This document shows, piece after piece, positions 35,439-45,396 of a stretch of DNA of 64,000 nucleotides. Numbering within the stretch: position 1 is the first letter of the stretch; the number at the start of each line of letters is the position of its first letter. The stretch is from a virus (Duplodnaviria; Caudoviricetes). Position numbers and translations under genes: made by a program. A model generated the notes under the pieces. The model searched no databases, was not told where the DNA came from, and was given only the letters and a program-made list of their open reading frames with translations. The stretch lies in IMG/VR virus record IMGVR_UViG_3300015607_004593, positions 32,001-96,000 of that record; one strand, 5' to 3'.

Positions 35439-38036
35439 ATGCCTATACAAAACCTTTTTATCTATACTCATGGAATTCAAAAAAATCATTCATCCATAGT
35501 CTTAGATGAAAATATTTCTGAACAAGATGACATTTCATCAGTTCATCTTGAAGGAAATGAATTAGAAATTTTAATTGTTTCTTATTCACAATTCTTTGAG
35601 ATTACTTTGGGAAATAAGATTTCAGAATATACAGAATATTCTGCTTATCTTAGATTTAAAGAACAATACTCTTTATCCTCTATTAATTTTCTTTCACAGA
35701 GAAATAGTTTTTCACTTGTGTGGAAAACATCGGTTAAAACTATTGCATCATCTATTGTTTCAACAAGACAAAATTCACCTATTTCTTGTTTTATTCATTG
35801 TATCTTCTTAGACCAAAGAAATTCTATTGTTTCATCTAAACAGATTTCAACTTTAAGTAATGCTATAAAAACATCTTTTTATGTACCTAAATTAAATTCT
35901 TTTATAAAAACATCCGATTATTCTTCTCTTTTAAATTCTTCTTTATTTACATCCATCTTTGAATCATTTAATCTTGAAACTTTCCTTAGACAAGTTTCTA
36001 ACATCAATGCTTTTCATTCAGCAATTCTTTTAGAAAAATTTAATCTTTTATTTTCTTTTCTTCAAAAAGAAGAAATACTTTCAGGAATTTTTGCAACAAC
36101 ACTTTCTTCTGAACTTTATGGAGACATTAAAAAGAATACAACTATTTCAGAAGAAATAATACTTTCTTATTCTATTTCTGAAATAAATGAATTTTCATCT
36201 TTTATAAATCTATCTCCTAAAGAAAAAATAACAGGTACATTCTTTGGAACAACATTAGAATATTCTTTATTTTGTGATATGGCTGTTTACATTCATTCTT
36301 ATCTTTCTTGTTATATTAATTCATCTATCTATGATATTTTCTCTTCTAAATTTTCTTTCAAACAAAGAAATAATTTTAATCTTTTTATTCTAAAGAAATC
36401 AAGAGATAATATTATCAATTGTACTTCACAAAGATTTGTATTCAAACAAATCTCCTCTTGTTCCATCAATGAAAAGTTTCCTTTATCTCTTTCTTTCTCA
36501 AGAGAGAATCATACTCTTTCTTGTGCTATTCATGCTCTTAATGCTAATGAAATAAATTGCTCTTTTTTGTTTTCAAGAAATTCTCATGATTGTTGGATAA
36601 AGGTTGTACAAGGTTATTCACTTACAGCTATCATTGCTCCAATTGGAAATTTAATCATTTGTTCCTTGAAGGGTCTTTATTATTCATCATTATCATCATC
36701 TTTTGCAAAACAAAATTCAAGGCTTTCTTTAGCATTTCAAGATACAAAATATGCAGCAACTCTATCTGCTTCTTTTCCTCGTTTCAAAGAAAAATTAAAT
36801 TGTACGTTTGGAAATGTTTTTGAAGTTCATTTTAGAAATACAATCATTTCTTCAAGAGGGTTTGGTTTCATTCCTGTTAGATTAAATGCCTTTACAATAA
36901 GAGAACCAAAGAATGCTTTCATTTCTTCAAAAGAAAGATTTAGAATTTCTTCTTCTTTTTATAAAACAAGAGCTAGAAGTGAAATAAATGTTACTTTTGC
37001 TTTTAAACTAGGAATCCTTTCTTGTTCTATTACATCTTCACCATTTTCAATTATTACTCTTTCTTTTGCAAGACAATTATTTTCAATTTCTGCTTTCATT
37101 TCTTGTTTAATACCCTATGAAGTCACATGCTCTTATCCTAAACAGAAAGAAAACATTTCTTGTACATTCGCAAAGGTCATAGAAACTTTTACAAAGACAG
37201 CCTTTATTTCTTCAAGAGGGTTTGGTTTCATTCCTGTTAGATTAGATGCCTTTACAATAAGAGAACCAAAGATTGCTTTCATTTCTTCAAAAGAAAGAAC
37301 AAGATTTTCATCCTTAGCCTTCGTTGATGTAAAACCTCTTTATGATTTTACTGTAACATTTGCATTTGATTTAGAAAAGATAACATTAAATCTATTCTGC
37401 ATAGAAGCAAATTATCTTACTGCTTCTTTTGCAAAACAAATAAAATCACTTTCTTGCTTCATTCATTGTTTAGAAACAAGGCAAATACTTGGTGGGTTTG
37501 TAGGACAAAAATTCAATTGTCTTTGTTTTTGGGAAACAAGATTAAAGTATGAAGTAACTGCAATTGTTCTATCAAAACCTTCTGATGAACTAAAAATAAG
37601 GTGTCCTGTTTCTTTTTCTACTTCTTTTTCTTGTGATTTCTCTTGTACAGAAAGAGAAAGAATATCATGTTTTATGCTTGCTCTTTTTCAAGATTCAATT
37701 TCTTGTGACCTTAAGAAAAAAGCTATAGAAGAAATATCTTCATCTTATTCTTCTACTTCTCTTATCTATCCTTTAGATTCTTATCTAAGAATAAAAGAAA
37801 GACAAGAAATAACATTTTCTTTAGATATGGCTATAAGAGAAATTATTTTTTCAGATATGAGAAAAATTGATTCTTCAGAAATTCCTTTCTTCATTCGTTG
37901 TCCTAAACCTTATAATGTTTTTTATTCAAGAGATTGTAGAATCATTTGTCAAAGACAATATCTGTCAACTTATCCTGAAGAGCAAGTCGTTGAGCTTGAA
38001 TTTCCTGAATATAAAATTTTACAATCGGATTTATAA
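35439..38036 (+). CDS. large Ser/Phe/Cys-rich repetitive protein, probably late/virion
   Basis: 865-aa ORF with recurring short (I/L)SC/xSF motifs and an internal duplication; ATAAATA upstream. Confidence 0.7.
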   Translation: MPIQNLFIYTHGIQKNHSSIVLDENISEQDDISSVHLEGNELEILIVSYSQFFEITLGNKISEYTEYSAYLRFKEQYSLSSINFLSQRNSFSLVWKTSVKTIASSIVSTRQNSPISCFIHCIFLDQRNSIVSSKQISTLSNAIKTSFYVPKLNSFIKTSDYSSLLNSSLFTSIFESFNLETFLRQVSNINAFHSAILLEKFNLLFSFLQKEEILSGIFATTLSSELYGDIKKNTTISEEIILSYSISEINEFSSFINLSPKEKITGTFFGTTLEYSLFCDMAVYIHSYLSCYINSSIYDIFSSKFSFKQRNNFNLFILKKSRDNIINCTSQRFVFKQISSCSINEKFPLSLSFSRENHTLSCAIHALNANEINCSFLFSRNSHDCWIKVVQGYSLTAIIAPIGNLIICSLKGLYYSSLSSSFAKQNSRLSLAFQDTKYAATLSASFPRFKEKLNCTFGNVFEVHFRNTIISSRGFGFIPVRLNAFTIREPKNAFISSKERFRISSSFYKTRARSEINVTFAFKLGILSCSITSSPFSIITLSFARQLFSISAFISCLIPYEVTCSYPKQKENISCTFAKVIETFTKTAFISSRGFGFIPVRLDAFTIREPKIAFISSKERTRFSSLAFVDVKPLYDFTVTFAFDLEKITLNLFCIEANYLTASFAKQIKSLSCFIHCLETRQILGGFVGQKFNCLCFWETRLKYEVTAIVLSKPSDELKIRCPVSFSTSFSCDFSCTERERISCFMLALFQDSISCDLKKKAIEEISSSYSSTSLIYPLDSYLRIKERQEITFSLDMAIREIIFSDMRKIDSSEIPFFIRCPKPYNVFYSRDCRIICQRQYLSTYPEEQVVELEFPEYKILQSDL
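36846..37298 (+). repeat. 93-bp direct repeat, two copies 360 bp apart (36846-36938 and 37206-37298)
   Basis: Identical except two positions; encodes ISSRGFGFIPVRL(N/D)AFTIREPK(N/I)AFISSKER. Confidence 0.95.
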
Positions 38037-38038
38037 TT

Positions 38039-38200
38039 CTTTGTTTTTCAAGAGGTTTTTAAAAAAATGAAAATTTTGAAAAAAAAGAGTACCTAGACTA
38101 CCACCCCTTAAAAAAACGTAAAAATGACCCTTGTAACTCTTTGAATTAAAACAATAAAAAAATGAAAAAAATTCATTTTTTAGCAAACCTAGACTTTTTT
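38039..38200 (+). repeat. dispersed intergenic element, copy B
   Basis: Near-identical to copy A, with gagtacctagactaccac and caaacctagactttttt. Confidence 0.92.
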
Positions 38201-38491
38201 ATTTTCTTCTATAAGAAGAAGATAAATTACTTCTTAAATAATCTTATTATTGTCAACCTTATTCTTAATAATAAGAATAAAAATTTATTAATTTAAACTT
38301 CTATTCTTTGTTTATTAAAATAATTACTTCTTAGAATAGATTATAATATAAATGTTTTTTTAATCTTTTAGTTTTATATAAAACTAAAAGACAATTATTA
38401 GAAGAAGAAATTAATTTTATAAAAGAGAATAATATCTATATTAAATAACCTATATATTAATTTTCCTATAAAGAAATTATTTTCTAAAACA

Positions 38492-39172
38492 ATGACTAAT
38501 GAAAGATTAACCATTACTGAAGATATACAAATTACAGGTGGACATACCTGTAATTTGTTAAATACTTCTCATCTTTTTAAAGAAAATATTTGGTATATCA
38601 TAGAATGTGAAGAAACTTATCTTCTAAATTCTTATTTTATTTCTATTTGCTCCCAAGAAGTAGAAGTAACTCAACAAGGAAAAAAGAAATTTCTTTTTAG
38701 AATTAATCAATCTTCTACTCAAGACAATGTTATAAAGATAAATGTACCTCTTCTTTCTTCAGTCATTATAAAAAAGATAAAGATTTATATTCTTGGACTT
38801 CTTGATTATGGTTTTACTACTTATTTACCTAATAAACCTATTCAAAAAAATAGATTTATAGAAAATGAAAAATTCAAAATAAATCCTTCTCCATTTTCTT
38901 CTTCATCCTTTAGATGGGATGGTTATTTTATTTTTGGTTCCTTTTCAACCTCTCATCAAAATTTAGTCTTTTCAGAAAAGACATATTTCAGACTTGTTTG
39001 TTCTTCTCTTTCTTTAGAATCCTTTCAACAACTTGTTGCATGGATAAAACGAACATATAGAAATTCTTCTATTGAGATTGGACATGAATTGTTTTTTGTT
39101 TTTGGTGCAGATGGAGTTCCACCGGAAATGATTGTTATGGAGAATGGAGATATAATTCACTTTACCCCTTAA
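38492..39172 (+). CDS. hypothetical late protein
   Basis: 226-aa ORF, TTAAATA at 38441. Confidence 0.6.
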   Translation: MTNERLTITEDIQITGGHTCNLLNTSHLFKENIWYIIECEETYLLNSYFISICSQEVEVTQQGKKKFLFRINQSSTQDNVIKINVPLLSSVIIKKIKIYILGLLDYGFTTYLPNKPIQKNRFIENEKFKINPSPFSSSSFRWDGYFIFGSFSTSHQNLVFSEKTYFRLVCSSLSLESFQQLVAWIKRTYRNSSIEIGHELFFVFGADGVPPEMIVMENGDIIHFTP

Positions 39173-39192
39173 AGATAGAGAATTTAAACAAC

Positions 39193-39519
39193 ATGGCAAT
39201 TTCATTTAGTAATTTTTTTATTGTAGGTTCTGATGGAAATTCATATCGTGGAATTAGACCTAGTTTGGTTCCAAGTCCCTTTAAGCATATTGAGATTTCT
39301 TGTAGGAACGGAAAGAAGATTAAACCAATTCACAATCCTGAAAAAAAAGAAGAGGATATTTTAGGTTTTTATGGTTCCATCAAAGTTTTAGCTGATGTTC
39401 TTTCTTCAGTTTCAGACCCTAACTATTTTTATAGACTTGTTGTTCTGTATAAAGATGAAACTAAATGGTCTGTATTCTATGACTTTGATGGAAATATTTT
39501 AGGAGGGGAGTGGGGTTGA
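39193..39519 (+). CDS. hypothetical protein
   Basis: 108-aa ORF. Confidence 0.6.
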   Translation: MAISFSNFFIVGSDGNSYRGIRPSLVPSPFKHIEISCRNGKKIKPIHNPEKKEEDILGFYGSIKVLADVLSSVSDPNYFYRLVVLYKDETKWSVFYDFDGNILGGEWG

Positions 39520-39530
39520 AATCATTTTTC

Positions 39531-39761
39531 CTATTCTTCTTCCTTTTCATCTTCTTTAGTTTCTTGTTTCTTTAAATTATCAGGCAATGTTGAACCTATA
39601 ATACCAATAACCCCAAGAATAATAAAGACAAGGTTTGATGTAAGACTCTCAGAAGGGTTATAACCAAAACAAGATGAAAAGAAAAGAATAAGTGATTTTA
39701 TTGTAGATGTTTCATGAAGTCTATCGAAAGCATAAGTAATAATTTTTGTCCTGATGTCCAT
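39531..39761 (-). CDS. putative holin
   Basis: RLHETSTIKSLILFF...LVFIILGVIGIIGSTLPD: two hydrophobic segments, charged C-terminal tail, RLxExST motif seen in small phage holin-like proteins; AGGAG RBS. Confidence 0.6.
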   Translation of the reverse strand: MDIRTKIITYAFDRLHETSTIKSLILFFSSCFGYNPSESLTSNLVFIILGVIGIIGSTLPDNLKKQETKEDEKEEE

Positions 39762-39807
39762 ATCTAAGAAACTCCTTTTTTGTTTTTTTTTGTTCTCTTG
39801 CTTATTT

Positions 39808-39950
39808 AAAAAATTAAAATTTTAATTTTTTTATCTTTTTAATTCAAAAACTTATAAGGGTAATTTTTACGTTTTTTCTTGATCTGGTAGTCTAGGTACT
39901 CTTTTTTATCAAAATTTTCATATTTTTGAAAACAGGTTAAAAAACAAAAG
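39808..39950 (-). repeat. dispersed intergenic element, copy C (inverted, more diverged, lacks the second ACCTAGAC)
   Basis: Reverse complement reads atgaaaattttgataaaaaagagtacctagactaccag...aaaaaacgtaaaaattacccttataagtttttgaattaaaa. Confidence 0.88.
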
Positions 39951-39985
39951 ATTAAAAATTCACTTTGAAAAAAACATAAACTTAT

Positions 39986-39993
39986 TATAAATA
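39986..39993 (+). promoter_or_regulatory. T4-type late promoter
   Basis: TATAAATA 45 nt upstream of ATG 40038. Confidence 0.65.
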
Positions 39994-40037
39994 AATTTAC
40001 TTATTTTTAAAAAAAAGGATTTATAAGAGAAACTACT

Positions 40038-40604
40038 ATGCCAAGATCATTGCATGAAAAACCTAAATTTCTTTCTGAAGTAGAAAAACAAGCAACCTTT
40101 GCATCAAGAAAAGGATGGGTAAGACAAAAGGCCGATGGCTCTCAAGAAATCATTGTAGCGATTTCAAGATTGTCATCAAAACAAGTTCCCGGAATTCGTT
40201 CAATCAAAACTGAAAAATTAAATTACAATTTAAAAGTAGATAATGAGATAAAGTTTATTGTAACTTATTCTTTTCCTGTATCCTCAGATACTTTAACATC
40301 AGAATCTAAATTATCTTTCTTATTAGGAATTGTGCCTTTAGAAGCATCATTCACAGAACAAAAAGAAGAACAAGAATTAATTTTTACTTATTCTATTCCT
40401 TCAACGCCTCTTGAAAGAGATTCTATTTTAGAAAAGGACTCATTAGTTACACTTCTCGGATTAACTGATATTTCTTTATCAGAAGGAGAAAAGATTTATC
40501 TAGACAATGAAAACTATACAGATGAATCTTCAATCAAAGCATCTTTAAATCTTCCTTATTCATTCATTCAAGTAAATATTTCAAGACCTTCTGATGATGT
40601 ATAA
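40038..40604 (+). CDS. hypothetical late/virion protein
   Basis: 188-aa ORF behind a late promoter, beta-rich C-terminal part. Confidence 0.65.
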   Translation: MPRSLHEKPKFLSEVEKQATFASRKGWVRQKADGSQEIIVAISRLSSKQVPGIRSIKTEKLNYNLKVDNEIKFIVTYSFPVSSDTLTSESKLSFLLGIVPLEASFTEQKEEQELIFTYSIPSTPLERDSILEKDSLVTLLGLTDISLSEGEKIYLDNENYTDESSIKASLNLPYSFIQVNISRPSDDV

Positions 40605-40635
40605 AAAATAATATAATTTATTTTTTTAAAAAAAG

Positions 40636-40671
40636 AAAAACCTACTTCTCAAAAAGAGAAGTAGGTTTTTT
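40636..40671. terminator. bidirectional intrinsic terminator
   Basis: aaaaacctacttctc-aaaaa-gagaagtaggttttt between convergent genes. Confidence 0.8.
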
Positions 40672-40681
40672 CATAAAACTC

Positions 40682-40873
40682 TTATGAAGAAATTTCAATC
40701 CTTTCTCCACAGATACAACATCTTTCAAATCTCTTCAATCCATTCATAGTTATTTCTTCATGAAGGCAATGACCTTCTACTCTACATGATTTTAATTCAG
40801 GTTGATATGATTTTAAGTAAAAGAATATTTGAATTACATTTTCCCTTTGCTTCCTGATTTGATGTTCTAACAT
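40682..40873 (-). CDS. small Cys/His-containing hypothetical protein
   Basis: 63-aa ORF ending just before the terminator; overlaps the upstream gene. Confidence 0.4.
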   Translation of the reverse strand: MLEHQIRKQRENVIQIFFYLKSYQPELKSCRVEGHCLHEEITMNGLKRFERCCICGERIEISS

Positions 40874-41996
40874 TTTCTAATATCTTTTGTATATCTTCAT
40901 TTTTTTTACAATTGATTAGACTAAAAAGTATAGAAGGAATTTTATTAGGAGAAATTCTTTTAGAGTAACTTTTTTCAAAATCAATATTTTGAATAGACAT
41001 ACCCTTTATAAAGAATGGTTGATTATTTAAAGAAACAAGTCTAATAAGTTTATTATAAGAAGTATCAAATAAAAATATATCCTTTGCTTTTAATAAAGAT
41101 GAAAGAGAAAAAGATTCAAATTGTTCAAATGATTTTAGATATTTAAATTTTGAAAATGTTTCTGAGGTAACATTCTTATTAGTATTTTGCTTCCTTTGTT
41201 TCTCTATACCCTTAGATGAAGAAATAGTTTTATTAGAGTTTAGTTTTTTTTCTGAAGAAGAAGAAGAAGTTTCTTTAGAAAGAATCTTTGAAATAATTTT
41301 TAATATATCTTTATAGAATGTACAAAGAAGTTTCTTTTGTTCAGAAGTAAAATTTGAATAGGATTCAATATCATCATCTAAAGATGAAGAAATTAATTTA
41401 ATTTCTTTTTTAAAAGATAATTCAATCCATGATTTTAAAATAACTAATTCTTCTTTTCCTGAGTTTTTTAATTCAAAAGGTATAGAAATACTTTCTTTTA
41501 AAGAAATGAATTTTTCAATTTGATGGTCAAGAAGAGAAAAAAGAGCTTCAGCTTTAATTAATGATTGTTGTTTCTGATTTGTGGTTGTTGATATTATTTT
41601 TCTTTCTTGAAAAGGTTTTTCTTTTTCTAAAGAAGAAGAAAAAGAAGAAGAATAAAGATTTAAATTATTGTCATCATTTATTTTTGAAAGGATTAATTTC
41701 TTGGTGTAAGTTTCATCATAAGGAGAAGGTAATATGAATCCTTCATCTAAAAGATGACACAATGAACCAAGAGAAGAAAGATAATATTCTTTTATTTTTT
41801 CTAATGAATCTATATCCGATTTAGGAAAATTCCTTTTCTTCATATAAGAGATAACCCATTTCTTTTGTGTCTTTTGTTCATGTGTTTCAGACAAAGAAGA
41901 AAGTGTTTTACAAAGGTCTAACCATGAAAGATTCTTATTGATTATTTCTTTATTGTTTTTTGTAGTAGTACCATTAACTTTATTTTTTTTTATCAT
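40797..41996 (-). CDS. hypothetical protein of a type seen in T4-like phages
   Basis: 399-aa ORF; C-terminal FDTSYNKL...IKGMSIQN...SYSKRI...GKCNSNILLLK. Confidence 0.7.
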   Translation of the reverse strand: MIKKNKVNGTTTKNNKEIINKNLSWLDLCKTLSSLSETHEQKTQKKWVISYMKKRNFPKSDIDSLEKIKEYYLSSLGSLCHLLDEGFILPSPYDETYTKKLILSKINDDNNLNLYSSSFSSSLEKEKPFQERKIISTTTNQKQQSLIKAEALFSLLDHQIEKFISLKESISIPFELKNSGKEELVILKSWIELSFKKEIKLISSSLDDDIESYSNFTSEQKKLLCTFYKDILKIISKILSKETSSSSSEKKLNSNKTISSSKGIEKQRKQNTNKNVTSETFSKFKYLKSFEQFESFSLSSLLKAKDIFLFDTSYNKLIRLVSLNNQPFFIKGMSIQNIDFEKSYSKRISPNKIPSILFSLINCKKNEDIQKILENVRTSNQEAKGKCNSNILLLKIIST

Positions 41997-42089
41997 TTGA
42001 TTTGAACTTCTTTTTGAAAAATTATTGTTTTAATAAACAAAAAACCACGAAAATTTCTTTTCGTGGTTTTATAGCTACTTTTGTTTTGC

Positions 42090-43193
42090 TTAAGCAAACA
42101 TTCGCCGTGACTTGTTAGAACAAAGGGTAATCTTTGCGACTCGACTCCAATTAGAGTCGAATGTTTTTAATAAGTCACAGATTTTAGTTATAAGGCGTAT
42201 TGAGATTTCTCGGATAATATCTGAGTTTTCTTGAACCCAAGAGCAAATTTCATTAACTTGCTCTTGGGTGACTTTATGTTCAACACAAAATTCTTCAGTT
42301 TGAGCAACTTGCATGACTCGAATAAGTTGCTCTCTTTTTGTGTACAGAGTCACATCAATATAATGCGCCCTTGATATGAACGCATCAATATGAGGTTTAA
42401 GCTTGGAAGAATTTTTTCCTCTTTCTAGGTTGACATTTGAAAGATAGATTAATCCTCCTTTGAATTCAAAGGAATTTGGAATATCGTTCTCTTCCAAATA
42501 AGTTGATAGTTTGTTATAGGATATTGTTCTTCTTCGAGAAGAATCTGTTGCTGCTTTAAGCATATTAAAACATTCAACATCCTCAATATCACAGTCATCA
42601 ACAATTACAACACAATTCCTTTCTCTACATTCCCAAAGTATGGAATAGAGCTTAATTGCGGAAACAGTTCCCTTTATCACATTGTAATAAAAGTTTGGAT
42701 TATTTCTCTCCGCTTCTTTCATCATTTTATCAATTCCGTATGACTTACCTGTACCAGGTGAACCAGTCACCACTAAAGACTTAACTTGCCCTTCTGCAAT
42801 TCCCTTTGAAATCAATTCAAGGATGAAGAATTTTTCCTTCAATTCTTCTCTGATTTCATCGTCTGTCTTTTCTTCAATCGGCTCTATAAAATCGTCCGGT
42901 TCTTCATTATCAACCTTAAAATTGTTTTTTTCATCATTGGTGAGGGTATATTCAACCGGCTCCTCAGTATTCATTTCAAAATGGGTTTCAGAAATAAAAA
43001 ACACCCTTGCTTTTTTCTGTTGCCTAAATCCTTGGATTCCTCTTAAGTCAAAGAATCCAACATAGTTTGTCTTAAACGGCCCATTTGCTTGAGTAATCGG
43101 TAAGGTCATCGGAAGAACTATATTTTCCAGCATTTCACCATTGTTTAAAAATCCTTTAATAATCTTTACGTTTTGCATTGTAAATTTCCTCAC
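42090..43193 (-). CDS. AAA+ ATPase
   Basis: VTGSPGTGKS (Walker A), VIVDDCD (Walker B), NMLKAATD, FEFKGGLIYLSN, SR finger. Confidence 0.88.
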   Translation of the reverse strand: MRKFTMQNVKIIKGFLNNGEMLENIVLPMTLPITQANGPFKTNYVGFFDLRGIQGFRQQKKARVFFISETHFEMNTEEPVEYTLTNDEKNNFKVDNEEPDDFIEPIEEKTDDEIREELKEKFFILELISKGIAEGQVKSLVVTGSPGTGKSYGIDKMMKEAERNNPNFYYNVIKGTVSAIKLYSILWECRERNCVVIVDDCDIEDVECFNMLKAATDSSRRRTISYNKLSTYLEENDIPNSFEFKGGLIYLSNVNLERGKNSSKLKPHIDAFISRAHYIDVTLYTKREQLIRVMQVAQTEEFCVEHKVTQEQVNEICSWVQENSDIIREISIRLITKICDLLKTFDSNWSRVAKITLCSNKSRRMFA

Positions 43194-43230
43194 TGGTTTA
43201 GTTAAACATCAACTTTACTACATTGAAAGT

Positions 43231-43259
43231 ATTATACAATAAAAAAATAAAAAAAACAA
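43231..43259 (-). promoter_or_regulatory. sigma70-type early promoter
   Basis: TTGTTT-17 bp-TATAAT with TG just upstream of the -10 box. Confidence 0.6.
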
Positions 43260-43362
43260 TTTTTTTCAGATTAAAATAAATTTATCTAAGTTTATGAAAA
43301 CATTGAAATTTTAAAATGTCAAGTCTAATTTAAAAAAAATATGATTATTTTTTTTTTTGATA

Positions 43363-45390
43363 TTACATTGAATCAGGAAGTATCGGGCCAATGATAACAT
43401 TCTTCAAAGAATTTTCAATCGTTAAAACATAATAAGCATCATAATGTAAATTTTGAAATGAATAATTACCTGAAGCATCCGATTGTGTTGTAGAAATCTT
43501 TTTATAAGAAGAATCTAAAAGAAGAACATTTACAAATCCTGTAACAACAAGATTTATATAAGTCACACCCTCAATCTTATAAGAACCTAAGACATTAGAA
43601 GAATAGAAAAGATTGTCAATTAATGTTTGGTCTACAGAAGGAACTTTAAAAATACCCGATTGAGACATATAACCGACAAATTGTTGATTGATAGATGATG
43701 TAACTATTGAACCTGCTAAAGGGTCTAAATTAGTAGAAACTCCAATAACAACATCTTTTAATGCTCCCTTTGATGTTTCGTAATCCTCACAAATTAATTG
43801 ATAATAATCTTTCTTTATATCATTGAAAGAAAAATATCCGAGTGAATCAGACCATACCACCCTTGTTATAAATTTATTATACTTCTCTAAAAGAAAAACC
43901 TTTCTTTTAGCAGGAACTCCATGAAGAGTGATATATCCATCAATTAAAACATAAGGTTGTTTCTGATAAGTTGAATCAGAAAGAAGATAACATGAATATC
44001 GCGTATCAATTATTGAATTTAATGGTGTTTTTACGTTTTTCCTTGGATAAGTAAGATTAGAATCATTAATAATAATAGGATAGTTTGTTTTATTGTAAGT
44101 AGGAGGGTTGATTGAAAAAGCCCAATTGTATAATTCTTGATTTTCTTTGTATGAAATAGATTTAGATAAAACTGATACTTCATCAAGTGTGCCCGTTAAA
44201 GGCCCAATAACAAGAGGTTGAGTTGCCGCGTCTGTAATTGAAAATGTTCCATTTAAAAAAGAATCTAAAACTCCATTGTAACAAATAGAAAGTCTTGATG
44301 TTTGAAAGCTTACAGAAATAAATCGAATTACATCATCAGTGAAAGAAATAGAAGATGTAAGTGTATTTCCTGAAATAGTAAATGTAAGAAATCCTGATGA
44401 ATTCAAACCTATAGAAAAGACACCAGATTTTGATAATATCGTTTGTGAATTTGTTGTTGTTTTTAAAAAAAATACAAAAGAAAGAGAGGAGAAAGCATTG
44501 AATGATGCAAAGATTCCTGATGTTGATGTTTGACCACTAAATTGAATTGAATAATCATCAGACCACGAGGGTAAAGGACTTTGAAAAAACGAAGGAGTTC
44601 CACCTGATATTGTAAGTGGATAACTACCCACAGAATCGGCTAAAGTTGTTCCTGATGATTCTGCTAATTGATAATGAGCAATGATAGATGATAAGAATCT
44701 ATTAATCCAAATACCAAAGAATTTTGGATAAGAAGGAAATGCTTGAGTGGGTGGAGTAAAGTTTGAAGTATATCTTACTATTCCACCTTGAGTTACTCTA
44801 AATGAATCAAGATAACCATTTAATTCATAAGTATAATATTTACCAAAAACAAGAATATAAGATGGTAAATCAGTTGATGTTAATGTTCCCGTTAATTCTA
44901 AATTTCCGTCATAATATAGTTTTACTGTTGTTCCTGATTTTGTAACAGTATAAAAATGCCACACATTGTTAGTTACTGTCGTTGTTCCTACTAAAGAAAA
45001 TCCTGCACCACCACCGCCAAATGTTGAATTTCCTGTAAAATTTAGTTTTCCTGTTCCGTTTAGTTGAATATTTAAATTTCTTAATGAACTAGAAGTGCTT
45101 GATGATAACGTTAAAATTTCTGAATATGTTGTAGATGTATTGTAATAAAAAAATTCTATAGTGAAATCACTTGCTTGATTTATAAAAGGAACCCATATTG
45201 ATGTAGTATATGCAGAAAGACCGGCAAATGAAGTAGAACCAAATTTAACTTGTGTATTTGAAAGTTTTCCTGTTCCGACAACAGTTAATGGTTTTAAATT
45301 TATATCATTAAGAATAGTTGTTGAGTTATTACTTCCTTCAAAATTGCAAAGTGTTGTTACTTTATCGTAATAAGAATCTGAAATAGTCAT
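43363..45390 (-). CDS. tail fibre/receptor-binding protein with two LamG (concanavalin A-like) domains and two C-terminal beta-sandwich modules
   Basis: DFTIEFF, NNVWHFY...VKLYYDG, LNGYLDSFRVT...RYTSNFTPPT, YQLAESSGTTLADS, GTLDEV, SDSLGYFSF, SDASGNYSF. Confidence 0.8.
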   Translation of the reverse strand: MTISDSYYDKVTTLCNFEGSNNSTTILNDINLKPLTVVGTGKLSNTQVKFGSTSFAGLSAYTTSIWVPFINQASDFTIEFFYYNTSTTYSEILTLSSSTSSSLRNLNIQLNGTGKLNFTGNSTFGGGGAGFSLVGTTTVTNNVWHFYTVTKSGTTVKLYYDGNLELTGTLTSTDLPSYILVFGKYYTYELNGYLDSFRVTQGGIVRYTSNFTPPTQAFPSYPKFFGIWINRFLSSIIAHYQLAESSGTTLADSVGSYPLTISGGTPSFFQSPLPSWSDDYSIQFSGQTSTSGIFASFNAFSSLSFVFFLKTTTNSQTILSKSGVFSIGLNSSGFLTFTISGNTLTSSISFTDDVIRFISVSFQTSRLSICYNGVLDSFLNGTFSITDAATQPLVIGPLTGTLDEVSVLSKSISYKENQELYNWAFSINPPTYNKTNYPIIINDSNLTYPRKNVKTPLNSIIDTRYSCYLLSDSTYQKQPYVLIDGYITLHGVPAKRKVFLLEKYNKFITRVVWSDSLGYFSFNDIKKDYYQLICEDYETSKGALKDVVIGVSTNLDPLAGSIVTSSINQQFVGYMSQSGIFKVPSVDQTLIDNLFYSSNVLGSYKIEGVTYINLVVTGFVNVLLLDSSYKKISTTQSDASGNYSFQNLHYDAYYVLTIENSLKNVIIGPILPDSM

Positions 45391-45396
45391 TTTCTT

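Noticed and set aside
36846-37298. 93-bp repeat pair as a DGR template/variable repeat (both mismatches are at A in the first copy)
   Set aside because: Only two mismatches, both copies lie in frame in mid-gene, and there is no reverse transcriptase in the window
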